The notes under the pieces were generated by a model, which did not search any database, was not told the origin of the DNA, and was given only the letters and a program-made list of their open reading frames with translations. DNA of 64,000 nt. It comes from Chiloscyllium plagiosum. Taxonomy: Eukaryota. Shown piece by piece: positions 1 to 11,760 of this stretch. The DNA lies in the NCBI RefSeq assembly GCF_004010195.1, contig NC_057718.1, forward strand, positions 58,963,607 to 59,027,606, written 5' to 3'. Position 1 is the stretch's first letter. Every line of letters starts with the position of its first letter. The translations under genes were made by a program, and so were the position numbers.

Positions 1-34
1 TAATGGAACAGCTTTAGTGCATTCAGTTAGTTAG

Positions 35-154
35 TTATGTGTGTGTTATACAGTGGGAACTCGGGCACCTGAATGTGATGGGTGGGCACTATTTTTATGT
101 GTGTGTTATACAGTGGGAACTCGATTATCTGAATGTGATGGGTGGGCACTATTT
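35..154. repeat. 60-bp direct tandem duplication spanning the MITE left junction
   Basis: 35-94 and 95-154 are near-identical (TTATGTGTGTGTTATACAGTGGGAACTCG...GGGTGGGCACTATTT). Confidence 0.9.
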
Positions 155-771
155 TGTTCAGATAATTGATTATTTGGAAAATCGATTAAATGCCTTTCCT
201 CTGCAGCTCGGAGCTTTAAAGTCTGCTCCTTGTTCAGGAGGCTAGCAACAGCAGCAGCACAGCATGCGAGACCCCACCCCCAACAGCGCCCCACTCTCTC
301 CCCCCCAGCCATCCAATACCATCCCACTCCCCCCCTGTCCATCCCCACCCCACACACCCCCGGCCCCTCTCTAGGGCATCTGGACTGCACACCAACAACA
401 AGACTTTGTGGGGTAAGTCTCCAAATAGCACACACACAGACACAGCCACACACACAACTTTTTACTGCAAATTTTTGACACGTTCCATGTTTGCCCTGCA
501 CTGGACAATGTTGCAGAGATTATTCCTGGGAAGCGGGGGAGTGGAGAAAGTTAGGGTACACCCCTATGTAGAACTCCAGGGAAAGTGTGGCGAGAGAGAG
601 AGGACGGGAGGTCAGTCATTTGGAGACGGTGCCTGTTTAATCACTGTAAACCAAAGACACGTCACTGTTGGCAACACGTCTTTGATGTAATGTTTCTATC
701 GGGACCTCGAGATCTCCTTCGGATAATCCGTTTTTCGGATAATTGGTATTCGGATAATCGAGGTTCCTCTA
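111..771. mobile_element. Non-autonomous Tc1/mariner (pogo/Tigger-like) MITE
   Basis: Left end TA|CAGTGGGAACTCGATTATCTGAA at 109-133. Right end TTCGGATAATCGAGGTTCCTCTA|TA at ~749-773 is its inverted counterpart. TA dinucleotides flank both ends, and subterminal TTCGGATAAT repeats occur three times. A second partial copy lies at 37452-37670. Confidence 0.75.
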
Positions 772-836
772 TATACGGGAACCATAGAACCAAGACTATG
801 CATATAGTCTTTGATACTACAGATGTGGAAATAATT

Positions 837-975
837 AGTTCTGAGGAAGGGTCAATCAACCCAAAATGTTAACTCTGATTTCTCTCACAGATGCTGCCAG
901 AACTGCTGAGCTTTTTCAGCAATTTCTGTTTTTGTTTCTGATTTACAGCATCCACAGATTTTTTTTCAGTTTTTA
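837..975 (+). mobile_element. Short Penelope-like (PLE) pLTR-derived repeat with degenerate hammerhead core
   Basis: AGTT-CTGAGGA-AGGGTC...ACCC-AAAATGTT-AACT followed by the family motif CACAGATGCTGCCAGA.CTGCTGAG. Related copies at 7143, 8421, 16397 and 50248. Confidence 0.7.
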
Positions 976-1039
976 TTTAGTAAATAATTAGTATTGTTTA
1001 TAAACTTCAAGACATCTGTCTCAGCAAGAACTACACTGG

Positions 1040-1690
1040 CTATAGCATATAGAAACATAGAAGATAGGAGTAGGCTTTCTGCACTTTGAGTCTGTCCCAC
1101 AATTCAGTATGTTCAAAATTGATTGTCTCAGCACCATATTCCCACTTTTCTCTATGACACTTGCTGTCTTTATGATCTAAAAACTTAGCAATCTCTTTCT
1201 TGAATATATTCAGTGTCATGGCCTCCACAGCCTTCTGTGGGAGTGAATTCCACAAGATGACCACCCTCTCAGTCATAAATTGCCTATCCAATATCCTGAG
1301 CCTGGGACCCCGGTTCTAGACTCCCCAACCGGGGAAAAATGCTCCCTGCATCTTGTTTGTCCAACCATATTAGAATTCAATTAGATTTCCTCTTATTCTT
1401 CTCAACTCTGGTGAATGTACACCCAGCCAAACTAATCTCTTCTGATACAACAGATTTGCCATTCCTGGTATCAGCCTAGTGAACATTTTGGTATAGGGAC
1501 CAAAATTGTACACAATTCTTCAGCTACAGTTTTGCCAAGACATCACGTAATTGCAATAAGATAATCTGACTTCTGAACTCAAATCCTCTTGAAACAAAGG
1601 CCAATATATCATTTGTCTTCCTAATTATTTGCTTCCCCGCCTGTTTACTTTCGTGACTGGTATACAAGGAATACTTGTCCAGTCCCGTTC
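1040..1690 (-). mobile_element. CR1 LINE 3' fragment (decayed)
   Basis: Minus-strand translations FMTERVVILWNSLPQKAVEA and ANDILAFVSRGFEFRS match the CR1 ORF2 C-terminus. CATAGAAACATAGAA tail at ~1046. Confidence 0.85.
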
Positions 1691-1769
1691 TACTGAATCC
1701 CCTTTCACTGTAGCTTACCATTCTTCTTCCTCCCCTTTTGAGCAACAGGTTCCCATGGTTATTCCTCGC

Positions 1770-2150
1770 CCCCACCCCACAAACACACACCCCTAGCAGT
1801 TTCCAAAATGGTACATCTATTAGAGAGGGGTCGGTCATAGGGGTCTCCTGCACTACCTGCCTTCCTTAACTCTGCCTGGTGGTCACCCATGCCCTTTCTG
1901 CCTGTTCAGACTTTAGCTACAGTGTGACCATCTCTCTAAATGCTCTGTCCATGATAAGCTCACCAATGCAGATCCTCCACTGTGAGTCCAGCCATCACAC
2001 TAGCTTCAAAATGGGGTTATCCAGTTCTGCAGCTGGACACACTTCCTACACACATGGTCACTGAGGACAATGGCAGTGCCAATGAGTTCCTATGTAGTGC
2101 AGGAGGAGCATATCATGGGTGTGAGCTCTGTTGCCATTACTTCCCTTTCG
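1770..2150 (-). mobile_element. CR1 ORF1 5' fragment (decayed)
   Basis: Resembles the ORF1 zinc-finger/linker region of the other minus-strand CR1s (27700-28080, 58600-58980). Confidence 0.55.
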
Positions 2151-2444
2151 ATTAGGTCTTTAGTTGCTCACTTTAAACGATACTAATTATGCAAGGGACT
2201 TCCATCTATTCCGAACACTCCTATCCTTCTATGTTTTGTGAGCGACCATACAGAGAACTATAATGCACATCAGACTACTCTTTAATATTCTCCTTAATAA
2301 ATGCTGCTTTCTCTCTTTGTCTGTCTTTTCTGAATTCTTTTGTCCAGGAATATTTAGTACCGAGTTCTGCACTTTTCTGAGCTTTTATAAGTGAATTAAT
2401 CTGCTCCTGTGAAAGTTTGAACCAAATCCTTGAAAGATCGAAAG

Positions 2445-2869
2445 GCCGTGGTTAGGTTGAGGAGGATGGATCTGGATGGGATGCTCTTCAGGAGGCCAGG
2501 GCAAACTTAATGGGCTGAATGGCCTCTCTCAGCACTGTAAGGATTCTATAAAGGTGGCACAATAGCTCAGTTATTAGTTTTGATTCTACTCTCTGGTGAC
2601 AGTCTGTGTGGAGTTTGCACATTCTCCCCGTGTCAGTGTGGGTTTCCTTCTACAGTCCAAAGATGTGCAGTAGAGGTGGATTAGCCATGTTAATTGACCC
2701 CTAGTGTCCAGGGGTGTGCAGGCTAGGTGAATTAGACATGGTAAATGCAGGGTTACAGGGAAAGGGTTGGGGGGTGTGGGGGGGTGTCAGTGTGGGATGC
2801 TCTTTGGAGGGTTGGTGTGGACTCAACGGGCTGAATGGCCTGCTTCCACACTGTAGGGATTCTGTGATT
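2445..2869 (+). mobile_element. HE1-like tRNA-derived V-SINE (2553-2869) preceded by a 3' fragment of another copy
   Basis: GGTGGCACA..GCTCAG head, V-SINE core TGTGTGGAGTTTGCACATTCTCCCCGTGTC, CR1-like tail GGGCTGAATGGCCTG...CTGTAGGGATTCT. Confidence 0.85.
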
Positions 2870-5034
2870 ATTTGATAGAAGGGATTATTTACTTTTCAGT
2901 AAACCACAGTCTCAGAATTTAAATAAATGATCCACTCTGCAGTATGTAACATAATGATATTCCCATGATCTATATAGGAATTTATTTGAAAGAATGTAAT
3001 TGTTAGATGTTTGAGTTGATGTTTGTTTGTGAATAACTTAGACCATTACATTAACCTGTAGATGCAATGGAAGATTCCATTTCAAGGCTTTTTACTTGAT
3101 ACATTTTATAGCATTAGCTTATAACTTGTGGAGCTAAATTAATGAAAAAATGCAGAATCTTCGATAACATCTTATAGCATTCTTCAAAGATCCCATGGTG
3201 CTATACAATTGGGAGAAGATGGGCAGGGGACAAAATAAGAAGATATGGCTGGAGATGATCACTTGGATTAGGTATGACAACACAATGGATATATTTTTTA
3301 AAAACGGATGATGATCTGGAATTTCATGTATTGTGGAATGAAAACTATATGACTTTGACGGAAATGTGATTATGCATATGTGGAACCATGAATAAGAAAG
3401 ATAGGCCTACGGAATGCTAGTGGAGAAGTGTTGCTGTACTATACAAGCTTAATTTGGTGGGGAAGAGGGAGGTTATAAAGGGGATGGCAGCTAGGCAGCC
3501 CATGCCAGTTTTGATTATGTCCACTCACTGCCAGTCCGTACATTCACTCTCAGGATATCTCAAACACAAACTACATAAGATCCAGGCTTGATGCTTGGGC
3601 AGAAACAAACACAAATATAGAACCAACCTCTGCTCAGTGTGGAACACAAAGGCCTTACTAGGGTCACAGGATGAAAGCCAAATTATAGGAGAGCCATAGA
3701 AAATCCAGAAAATCCAGAACTAAAGTTCAGAGCTTCTGAAAAGTAGTGCACCACTGGATGGAATCCTATTTTGGCAGATGCTGCTACTTGTGGAGAACCA
3801 TCTAGTTCCTTGATAGAAACAAAAAACTGGAATCCTAGGAAGACTCAGACTTCAAAGAGCATTATGGCTGAATACATTGACCACACTGATGAAGTGAACT
3901 ACCTGAAAACTCAATGAGATAAGTTCCCATTAAATCTGCTGTTCCATGTAAAATTTATTGCTTGTGCCAAACTATGATTTGCTGTTAATTTATGCTTAAT
4001 TTACATTGATTTGGACTTTTCTCAAAGTAAATTTGAAAAAAATGAAATTTGTCAAGTAACGTTTTCATTTAGAATAATTAGATAAATTGTATTTGTTTTA
4101 CTTTATGGATCTACAAAAGGATCATGCAAGACTTTCGATTTTGGGTGTTGTGTGGGTGGGCTGAAGTCAATAGAGAGAAGGAGGTACAAAGCAATTGCTT
4201 ATTAAAGCCTCTCTTGCTCTGTAGGAAACCATTACTCTCTAAGTGTACCAATATAATTCTGCATCCTCCTACAGGGTCTTGTGAATCAATGATCATTGTC
4301 TTTTTGCACTATGTGTGGTTGCTGAATGTCACCTGTATTTTATATTGAGATGCATGTAATTGTACTTTGTATCTGCAGTTGTTTTCAATTCACTTTGGTC
4401 CTGTATACCATTCAATTATATACAAAATGTTCTAAAAAATACACTTTTCATTTAGCCTTCAGCAAAAAGAAGCAGGTTCAGAACCCAAGCAGAAGTGTTG
4501 ATGTCTATTTCACTTTCAGATGTTGACTGTTCAAGATATTCTTTTTTTCAGATTTATAGTATTTAGCTTCTTTTTATTATTTGAAGTCAAGATGTATACA
4601 GTTAGGTCCTTAATGAAAATAATAATTGCAGAATCTTATCAGAAAAACATATCTATTTAGACAAACACAGGGCTATATTCCCTCAAAACTATTGGATGAA
4701 TTAAACCTTGTCCACTACAAACAGATTTGTTCATTCGATAAATTTTCAAACTAGAATGTTAGTTTAAGAAGCTATGTCTATGTTTCTCTCGAACCCATGA
4801 CTACTAGCTAATTATAAAAATACTGTTATGTCACTGAACCTCAGCTTCCAGAGAAAACAATGTTTAACACATTCAATTGTCTTCCAGCAGCATCCTATAG
4901 ACCTGGTATCACTTGACAGTCTGTTAAAAGCTTTATCAGTTTCAAGTGCAGAATTATGGAATATATTTTGTTTGTGCTGGGGTTACAGAATAATCACCAT
5001 ACAGAAATAGCAGGTATTGTTATACAAGAGGCCA

Positions 5035-5048
5035 GTTGTCATGGCAAC
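5035..5048. promoter_or_regulatory. RFX X-box motif
   Basis: GTTGTCATGGCAAC, one mismatch from the palindromic X-box GTTGCCATGGCAAC, in non-repeat DNA. Confidence 0.4.
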
Positions 5049-6564
5049 TCCACTATAATGGAGTTTAGGAATAGCCAGTAACAGCTTCTTAATCAGAAAT
5101 AAATTCCACACTAGGAAAGGGAGAGAAATCTAATGATAAATACACAAACATCCAAATAATCTATCAAAAAGAAATAATTCTGTTCATGAAGGAAGATTTT
5201 AGGATACCTACATTTGTATATGTACATAACATAACGCTCTAAGTTAAAGTGAAATGTATTGCCCTAGAAACTGGATGCTGCAAATGGCACAGTTACAGCA
5301 GTCAGAAAGATCACACATAACCAAAAATCCAGAACTCCATATTAGGTAAAGACCAGTGAACAATGCTCTTGAATGTGCATCTTAATGTGTTAACTCTTTA
5401 ATGTATGTAAATAACTGTCTAACATCTGCTGTGGGCCCCACTGAAAAATTGATTTGTTCCAAGCAGTCCACAGCAATGCTAGTCACACTCAGGGAAACTA
5501 ACCATGAAGATTTCCCACTAAAACAGTGCATTTCTTTCTTGAACCTAGCGTCAAGCTTGCTGTTGCTGCTTGTGGCTCCAAAAGTAATGCCATGCCCTCT
5601 TTTCATGCCCCTCCTTCGAGATTCTGATCTTCAGGCCTTGGTCCCGGGAGCAGGCCAATGCCAGATCATCTACCCGAGAAGTTAGATTCATGCCTGTCGT
5701 TCATTTCCTGACTCTGTTTATGCTCTTTCTTGAAATCCCTGATCTCTTCTTCGGCTATAATTGAAGCTTATTCCAAAGCAGAGACAATTATGCCTAGGGT
5801 CTGTGTCTCCAGGTTTGAAATTTAACAAAAGAAATCTGACAAGACCCAGTTATGATAATGTAAGTGTGAAAGATAATTATTTTCTATTGTTTATCAATGG
5901 CCTTTGACCATATGATTGAAACTGTTTCTTTGCTACTGAAGGACTACCTCAAATTTATATTATATATCAATGACCATCAATCATTTGGTTGAAACTGGTT
6001 ATCTGATATTGGAACCTACACTATCCCAAAACCCAGAAAAGATATCGGAGCAGTTTGCAGGATAATACTGACAACAGCTGCACAGAAAGGCTGTGTCACC
6101 GGTGGTCTTTCAAGAACCAAAAGTATTTTTAACTGTACTCCAGTCTGATTCTAAAGCTCTGAGTTTACTTGTACAAAAATAGATCTTCCTATACAAAGGC
6201 CACAAGTGTCAGCCAAAGTGTTTAAAATAATCTTCACTTCAAAGAAACCCAGCAGTGAATCTGGATTTCTGGCCCCAGATACCTGACCTTATTTGAAATA
6301 CAAGTCAAGAGTAGGAAAACATTTCTTCTTCACTGGACATGTGAACTGCTAAACATTATTTTAATTTAAGCTTTGTAATGTAGACATCCATATTTACCTG
6401 CATTTTTCTTGTGTGTGGTGTATTACTGACTGAGCACTTTGATCTTTCAAGGTGTGTTAGTAAGTACCCCACTTTATTTAAACTGATGAAAATCTGCTGC
6501 TGGCATCTTATAAATTGACCATTCACGAACAAGAGTTTGGAGAAACACACATTTACTTGCTCAA

Positions 6565-6790
6565 GGGAGTTGATTAACTCAATTAGCTGGACAGCTAGTT
6601 TGCAAGGTAGAGTGAAGCCAATAGTGTGGGCTCACTACTCACATTGGCTAAGGTTACCATGAAGGACTCTCCGACTCAACTTCTCCATTCAGGTTAAACC
6701 GCCACCATCGATCATGTCGCTCTCTCTCGCTTTCTTTCTATCTCTCTCTCTCTGTCTCTCTCATGAAAGAGTTTATGATGGCTTTATTGT
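6565..6790 (+). mobile_element. tRNA-derived SINE, second family
   Basis: Decayed A/B-box-like head, GGTTACCATGAAGGAC...CAGGTTAAACC.CCACCA body and (CT)n tract. Homologous reverse copy at 46040-46270. Confidence 0.6.
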
Positions 6791-7079
6791 CCGCAACAAA
6801 TCTCACTGATTATGGACTGAAGGCAGAAAATCTTGCATTTCTCCTCTAATCTAAAACAGAAATCCCGGTGTTGCATTCAGAATTTGAACCAACCGAATGA
6901 AAACAAAACAAATCTGGCATTAAAAGAATAAATTCAAAGCCATTATGGGGAAGTTCAATAACTTAAACAGTTTCTTTAAAACATGAGGAGACACGGTTCA
7001 TTTTAATGTCAAAAATACTTGAGAGACATAACTTTCTAAAAGTTAGCATCCCAAAATTTCGAAGAACTAAAGAAAATAA

Positions 7080-7240
7080 AAACCAAAAGAAGTGCGGATG
7101 CTGTAAATCAGAAACAAACGTAGTGGTTGTTTAGAAAGCTCAGTTCTGAGGAAGGGTAACCGGACCCACAACTTTGATTTCTGTTCTCAGATACAGCCAG
7201 ACCTACTGGGCTTTTCTAGCAACTGCTGTTTTTATTACTG
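7080..7240. mobile_element. Short PLE-derived element with inverted-terminus arrangement
   Basis: 7080-7143 is the reverse complement of the family 3' end (GGATGCTGTAAATCAGAAACAAA), fused to a forward copy starting AGTTCTGAGGAAGGGT. Confidence 0.65.
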
Positions 7241-7329
7241 AGTAGGCAGAACGTGACATGCAGAATAAAATAGAGAGGCCAGATGTGCTGAAAGTTGTTG
7301 GCTCAGCATTTGAGCTTCAATCCAGAGTC

Positions 7330-7990
7330 AGAACAGGCAGAAATAAACAGAACCTGAAACAGATGAGACTGCCCAAGATAAAAGTCACCTCAAAGGGCAA
7401 AGGCTAGTGTCAGGGACAGACTGAATTGCAGAAACTGGAGGTGGAATTCGAAGCTCAGAAAGATAAAGACTTGATATAGCTTGACAGCGAGAATCTGACT
7501 TTAACCACATTTGCTTAGCCCCGGGGCACATTGTAATTACTCATATTCAGGTACTGCTGAGTTGACCCCAGGTTTACAGAGGAGAATGTGGCACCTTTTT
7601 TATATCCTTTAAGAAACTGACAGCTCAATTACAGAGGCCACCAGAGTTTTGGACTCTCGTGATACAGGGGCAGTTGATTAGAAAACACCATGGCTTTCTT
7701 TCATGCTACCTGCTAATAGTTCTGCCAGTTACGCGAAGTCAAAAACTGCTACTCCAAATGTTTATGAGCTCATGTCAGAGATATATGTTTGAATCCCAGC
7801 ATTCTCATATAAAACCCACACAGATCTACTTAGAGTTCTAAAGAATTAACAGTAGGTCTTTGTAGCAAATGCGTCCTAAATAGCATGATACAGATTAAGG
7901 ACTAACCCATTCTCAAAGTAACAGAAATATGGAAGTCTCTAGCCCTGAAATACTGCCCTTTTGAGACCCACACAGAAGCAGTCATAGAAA
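7330..7990 (+). mobile_element. Gypsy LTR-retrotransposon gag relic
   Basis: Frameshifted peptides FTEENVAPFFISFKKLTAQLQRPPEFWTLVIQGQLIRK, NVYELMSEIY and KPTQIYLEF resemble fish/shark Gypsy Gag (F.E.DVE.FF..FEK.A....WP...W; AYELVPEAY; PGQTY.EF). Confidence 0.6.
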
Positions 7991-8234
7991 TTTCACAGGA
8001 TTACTTTCAAAACTTAACTCCACCTGAAAGCAGACATTCAACTCCCAGGAAACTGATGATAAGATGATGGGGGAAGGAGTGGGCGGGGGGCGGAGGGGGG
8101 AAAGTCAGGGGAGAAGCCAGATTCCTCATAGGGAGCGAGAACACTACACTCCACACCCCTACCTTAGAAAAGCATATTTCAGGAGACCAGGACCTATCAA
8201 TTTAACCTCAAATTTAATCTAAATTATTTCACTC

Positions 8235-8525
8235 AAACTAGTTTACTGCATTCACCGCTCACAATGTGGTCTATTCACCCTCATTGCCTGATCATTATCC
8301 ATTTCTTGGTCTCTCTCTCTTTCTCTCTCTTTGGGCTCTATCTCCAACTATCATTTACTCCTTGCCCCCTGCCCCCACCTTATCTTCTACCTTAAAAACA
8401 ACATATTCTGAGCTGCCATCAGTTCTGAGGAAGGGTCATTGGACCTGAATCCTTAACTCTGCTTTTTCTTCACAGATGCTGCCAGACTTGCAGAGCTTTT
8501 ACGGTAATTTCTGTTTTTGTTTAAA
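8235..8525 (+). mobile_element. Penelope-like element relic (GIY-YIG fragment plus pLTR)
   Basis: CTAGTTTACTGCATTCACCGCTCACAATGTGGTCTA encodes LVYCIHRSQCGL, like the PLE GIY-YIG motif N.IYCI.C..CG.LYIGET. pLTR with CTGAGGA-AGGGTC core at ~8424. Confidence 0.7.
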
Positions 8526-9696
8526 TTAAAATCTGCTAGTTAGCTGAAATGATGTGAAAGGCAATGAGAAAGAGAAAACATATGAAACCTGGTGATGGCT
8601 TAATGATTAGGAAGAGGGCATTGGTTTTTAAAGTGTTTCTGTGTTAGGCTGAAGGAATGTGTGTGTTTAGATTGAAGCTTTGCTAGTCAGCATTAATGGC
8701 CTGAACTGTCACTGTAATCCTGACAAAGCTTTGTTTAAAACAGATACAGTGAATCAGCTGTGATAATATAGATAATTTATCAGCTAAATTTATGATTGTT
8801 GTACAATTGTGCTGTGTAAATATTATGGATGACATTAAATTGGTGAAAAGTGACAGCAAGCTAAGTTTTATGTCAATGTTCATTAAAAAGATAAGCAAGT
8901 CTTAATGAATTAATTGATCAAACAGACATGGAAAACATGATACAGTACCATTGTGATGTTTACAAGATGTCAAACTGATCATCTGCTGAAGACTGGATAG
9001 TGTCAAGGGTGTAAATGCATAGTTCTTTATATGGAAAGAGTATATTTCCAAAATTAGGGATGTTGATTGCTCACTGTCTAGAAAGTTGAGACAGACCGAA
9101 TTGATCCCTTGTTCTGGTTTATCTTCAGACAAGTCCATGTTAAAGAGTGCACTTGTAATTGTGAGCATTGCATGGGTAAGATTTATGTTGTATTCGTTGT
9201 CGTGCACTTTGATTTAATAAAGAAAATTGGGTACATTCCATTGTTAGAATGGCTTTAAGTTATTGATATCCAAAGTAAATCTAAAAGATGAGGGAAAGTT
9301 GAAATAAAAACCTGCAGACCTAAATTCACAGACACATGGCTTGCTAAAACTGTCATGGAAGTGTTAAGGACTTTGTAGATCACACAGCAAAACAATAAGG
9401 ATGGTTTAAGTATGACAAGCTTCCAAATGTAATTCAGCCTAGTGAAGCTTAACTTCTTCTAACAAGAAGGTTTAATTCTGACCTTGCCTCAAGTGCTAAT
9501 AGTCTTGAGAATCATATGCCTGGTAAAAACACCATTCCAAAAGTTTTGTGTACACAAATTATTAGCATCTGATAGGGAAACAGTCACACTGTCAGATCAT
9601 AGTGTAAAACCATAGTGTAGGAGAGCCTAACTGTCTATGTGTAGTGTGCGTGCACATTTTCCTTTTGTTTCACAAGGAAACTATATAAGAAACAGT

Positions 9697-9990
9697 GCGG
9701 CACGGTGACTCACAGCGCCAGGGACCCAGGTTCATTTCCCACCTCGGGCGACTGTCTGTGTGGAGTTTGCATGTTCTCCCTGCATCTGTGTGGGTTTCAT
9801 CTGGGTACTCCAGTTTCCTTCCACAGTCCAAAGATGTGCAGGTTAGGTGAATTTTACATGCTAATTTGCCCATAATGTTCGATGCATTAGTCAGAGGGAA
9901 ATGGGTCTGGGTGGGTTATTCTTCGGAGGGTCGGTGTGGACTTGTTGGGCCGAAGGGCCTGTTTCTGCACTGCAGGGAATCTAATCTAAC
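9697..9990 (+). mobile_element. HE1-like V-SINE
   Basis: GCGGCACGGTG head, GGTTCATTTCCC B-box, V-SINE core, GGGCCGAAGGGCCTGTTTC tail ending AATCTAATCT. Confidence 0.9.
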
Positions 9991-10499
9991 AAAAATAAAT
10001 AAAATTGCTTCTCTCCCTCGGGAAAGAGGTGCATTAAAACAGTATATACATGAAAATTCAACACAACTTTTTAAGTAGAAATTTGTAACTTATTAGTGTG
10101 ATTGACAAAGGGGTCAGGTGATCTGTGCAACTCTAACAATCTATCATGCTTCCTCAAAGTTTGAGTAAAATGATGGGTGCCCCAACCATATGCTGAAATA
10201 ACAATCCTTTGTGGAATTCTTGCCTGCTACAGTTAAAGCTTGCTCCAAAACACCAAAGACAATAATGGCAAACAGATACTGGTAATGGCCTAAGATTGGT
10301 CCATGAATTAAGATTTTTGTCAAAACTCATCTGTAATCTATGGGTAGCTTTCAAGTATTTCAATTTTCTTTTTAAAACCAACTGTGATAGCTTCTGCAGT
10401 TAGAGGTCACACCCACATGGGCAGAAGAGTACCTGGGAGCGAGTGACAGCTGGTTTGTTTTGCTTTCTGTAACGCAGACTGTCAGGCTTGTGGCCTTAT

Positions 10500-11760
10500 T
10501 CAGTATAGCAATCCTGATGCTTTTCGATGCCTCCGTAAAGTGGATTTTTCAAACCATAAAACAATCATTAGATTTAAGATGATCCTCAGACAGTACAAAC
10601 AATGAAGTAACTTTACAGATATATGTTGGTTTCAGTAAACAATATCACTGACAATTCTCATGACATCCTGTTGAAGGATGGATGCTTAGCACCTACTTTA
10701 CTCAATTGTACACTTATGGCCATTCATTTGCACTCAGTTCATGAAGAAGTATTCACAAACCATGACTAGGCAGCAGATTCTCAGGAAGTGGCTATGATGC
10801 TTCTATGCTACAGTTGTCCCTAACACCTGACGTAGAGTTATTGAGTCATAGAGTTTAACAGCACTGAAACAGACACCTCGGTCCAACTCATCCAAGCTAG
10901 ATATCCTAAATTAATAATTTCCTGGCATTTGGATCATGTCCCTCTAATCCCTTCCTATTCATTTTACCCATCCAGATGCTTTTTAAATGTTGTAATTGTA
11001 CCAGCTTCCACCAGTTCCTCTGGCAACTTATTCCAAACTACCCTATGCATGAAAAGGTTGCCCCTTCAGTCCTTTTAGAATCTTTGCCCTTTCACCTTAA
11101 ACCTATGCCCTCCAGTTCTGGACTCATCACCTCAGGGAAAAGACCTTGGCTATTTACTTTCTCCTGGCTACTTGGTCACCTCTCAGCTTCTGATGCTTCA
11201 AGGAAAATAGCTCAAGCCTATTTAGCCTCTCCCTATAGCTTAAACCCTCCAACCCCGGCAACATCCTTGCAAATGTTTTCTGCACCCTTTCAAGTTTAAC
11301 AACATCTTTCCTATATCAGAGAGGCTGGAATGAACACAGTGTTCCAAAAGATGTCTAACCAATGTCCTGTACAGCCACAACATGATATCCCAACTCCTTT
11401 ACTCAATGCACTGACCAAGAAAGGCCTTTTGGATTTGCAAACAGAGGTAGCTGCCAGAAGTTGGAATATATACTACACATGTAAAAAACCAAACTAGTGA
11501 TGCTCAAGATCAAGGAGTACAATGAAGTGCCTATGATAACCAGGCATCTAATTACACAAGTGAACAGCATGCACAAGGTACTCCAATAGTTGTATTGACT
11601 GCTGTGGAGACATCCTTCAGTCAGCAACCAGGGTGTGCGGAATGATCATACCGTACTGCACGCTTCATAACATTAGAGATTGAAACTACAGGAGAAAAGA
11701 GGCATCATTATGGAAGAGGAGGAGGATGACAATAATATCAATGCAGCACCAGCTATTCAT
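10500..11760 (+). mobile_element. PIF/Harbinger transposase relic interrupted by a CR1 insertion
   Basis: SRFSGSGYDASMLQLS (~10773-10820) before the CR1. KEYNEVPMITRHLITQVNSMHK and CIDCCGDILQSATRVCGMIIPYCTLHNI plus an acidic EEEEDD tract after it. These match HARBI1-family motifs ARFPGS.HDA, YN..H..TR..IEQ and CC.LHN. Confidence 0.65.
10835..11425 (-). mobile_element. CR1 LINE 3' fragment
   Basis: Reverse-complement match to the 3' end of the CR1 at 42000-42640. Confidence 0.9.

Noticed and set aside
2553..2620. tRNA genes at SINE heads (also 9697 and 6565)
   Set aside because: Only degenerate A/B boxes attached to SINE bodies, with no cloverleaf.
3062..3099. Possible terminal exon (D)AMEDSISRLFT* followed by 3'UTR-like sequence
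   Set aside because: Weak polypyrimidine tract, too short to recognise, and no upstream exon in the window.
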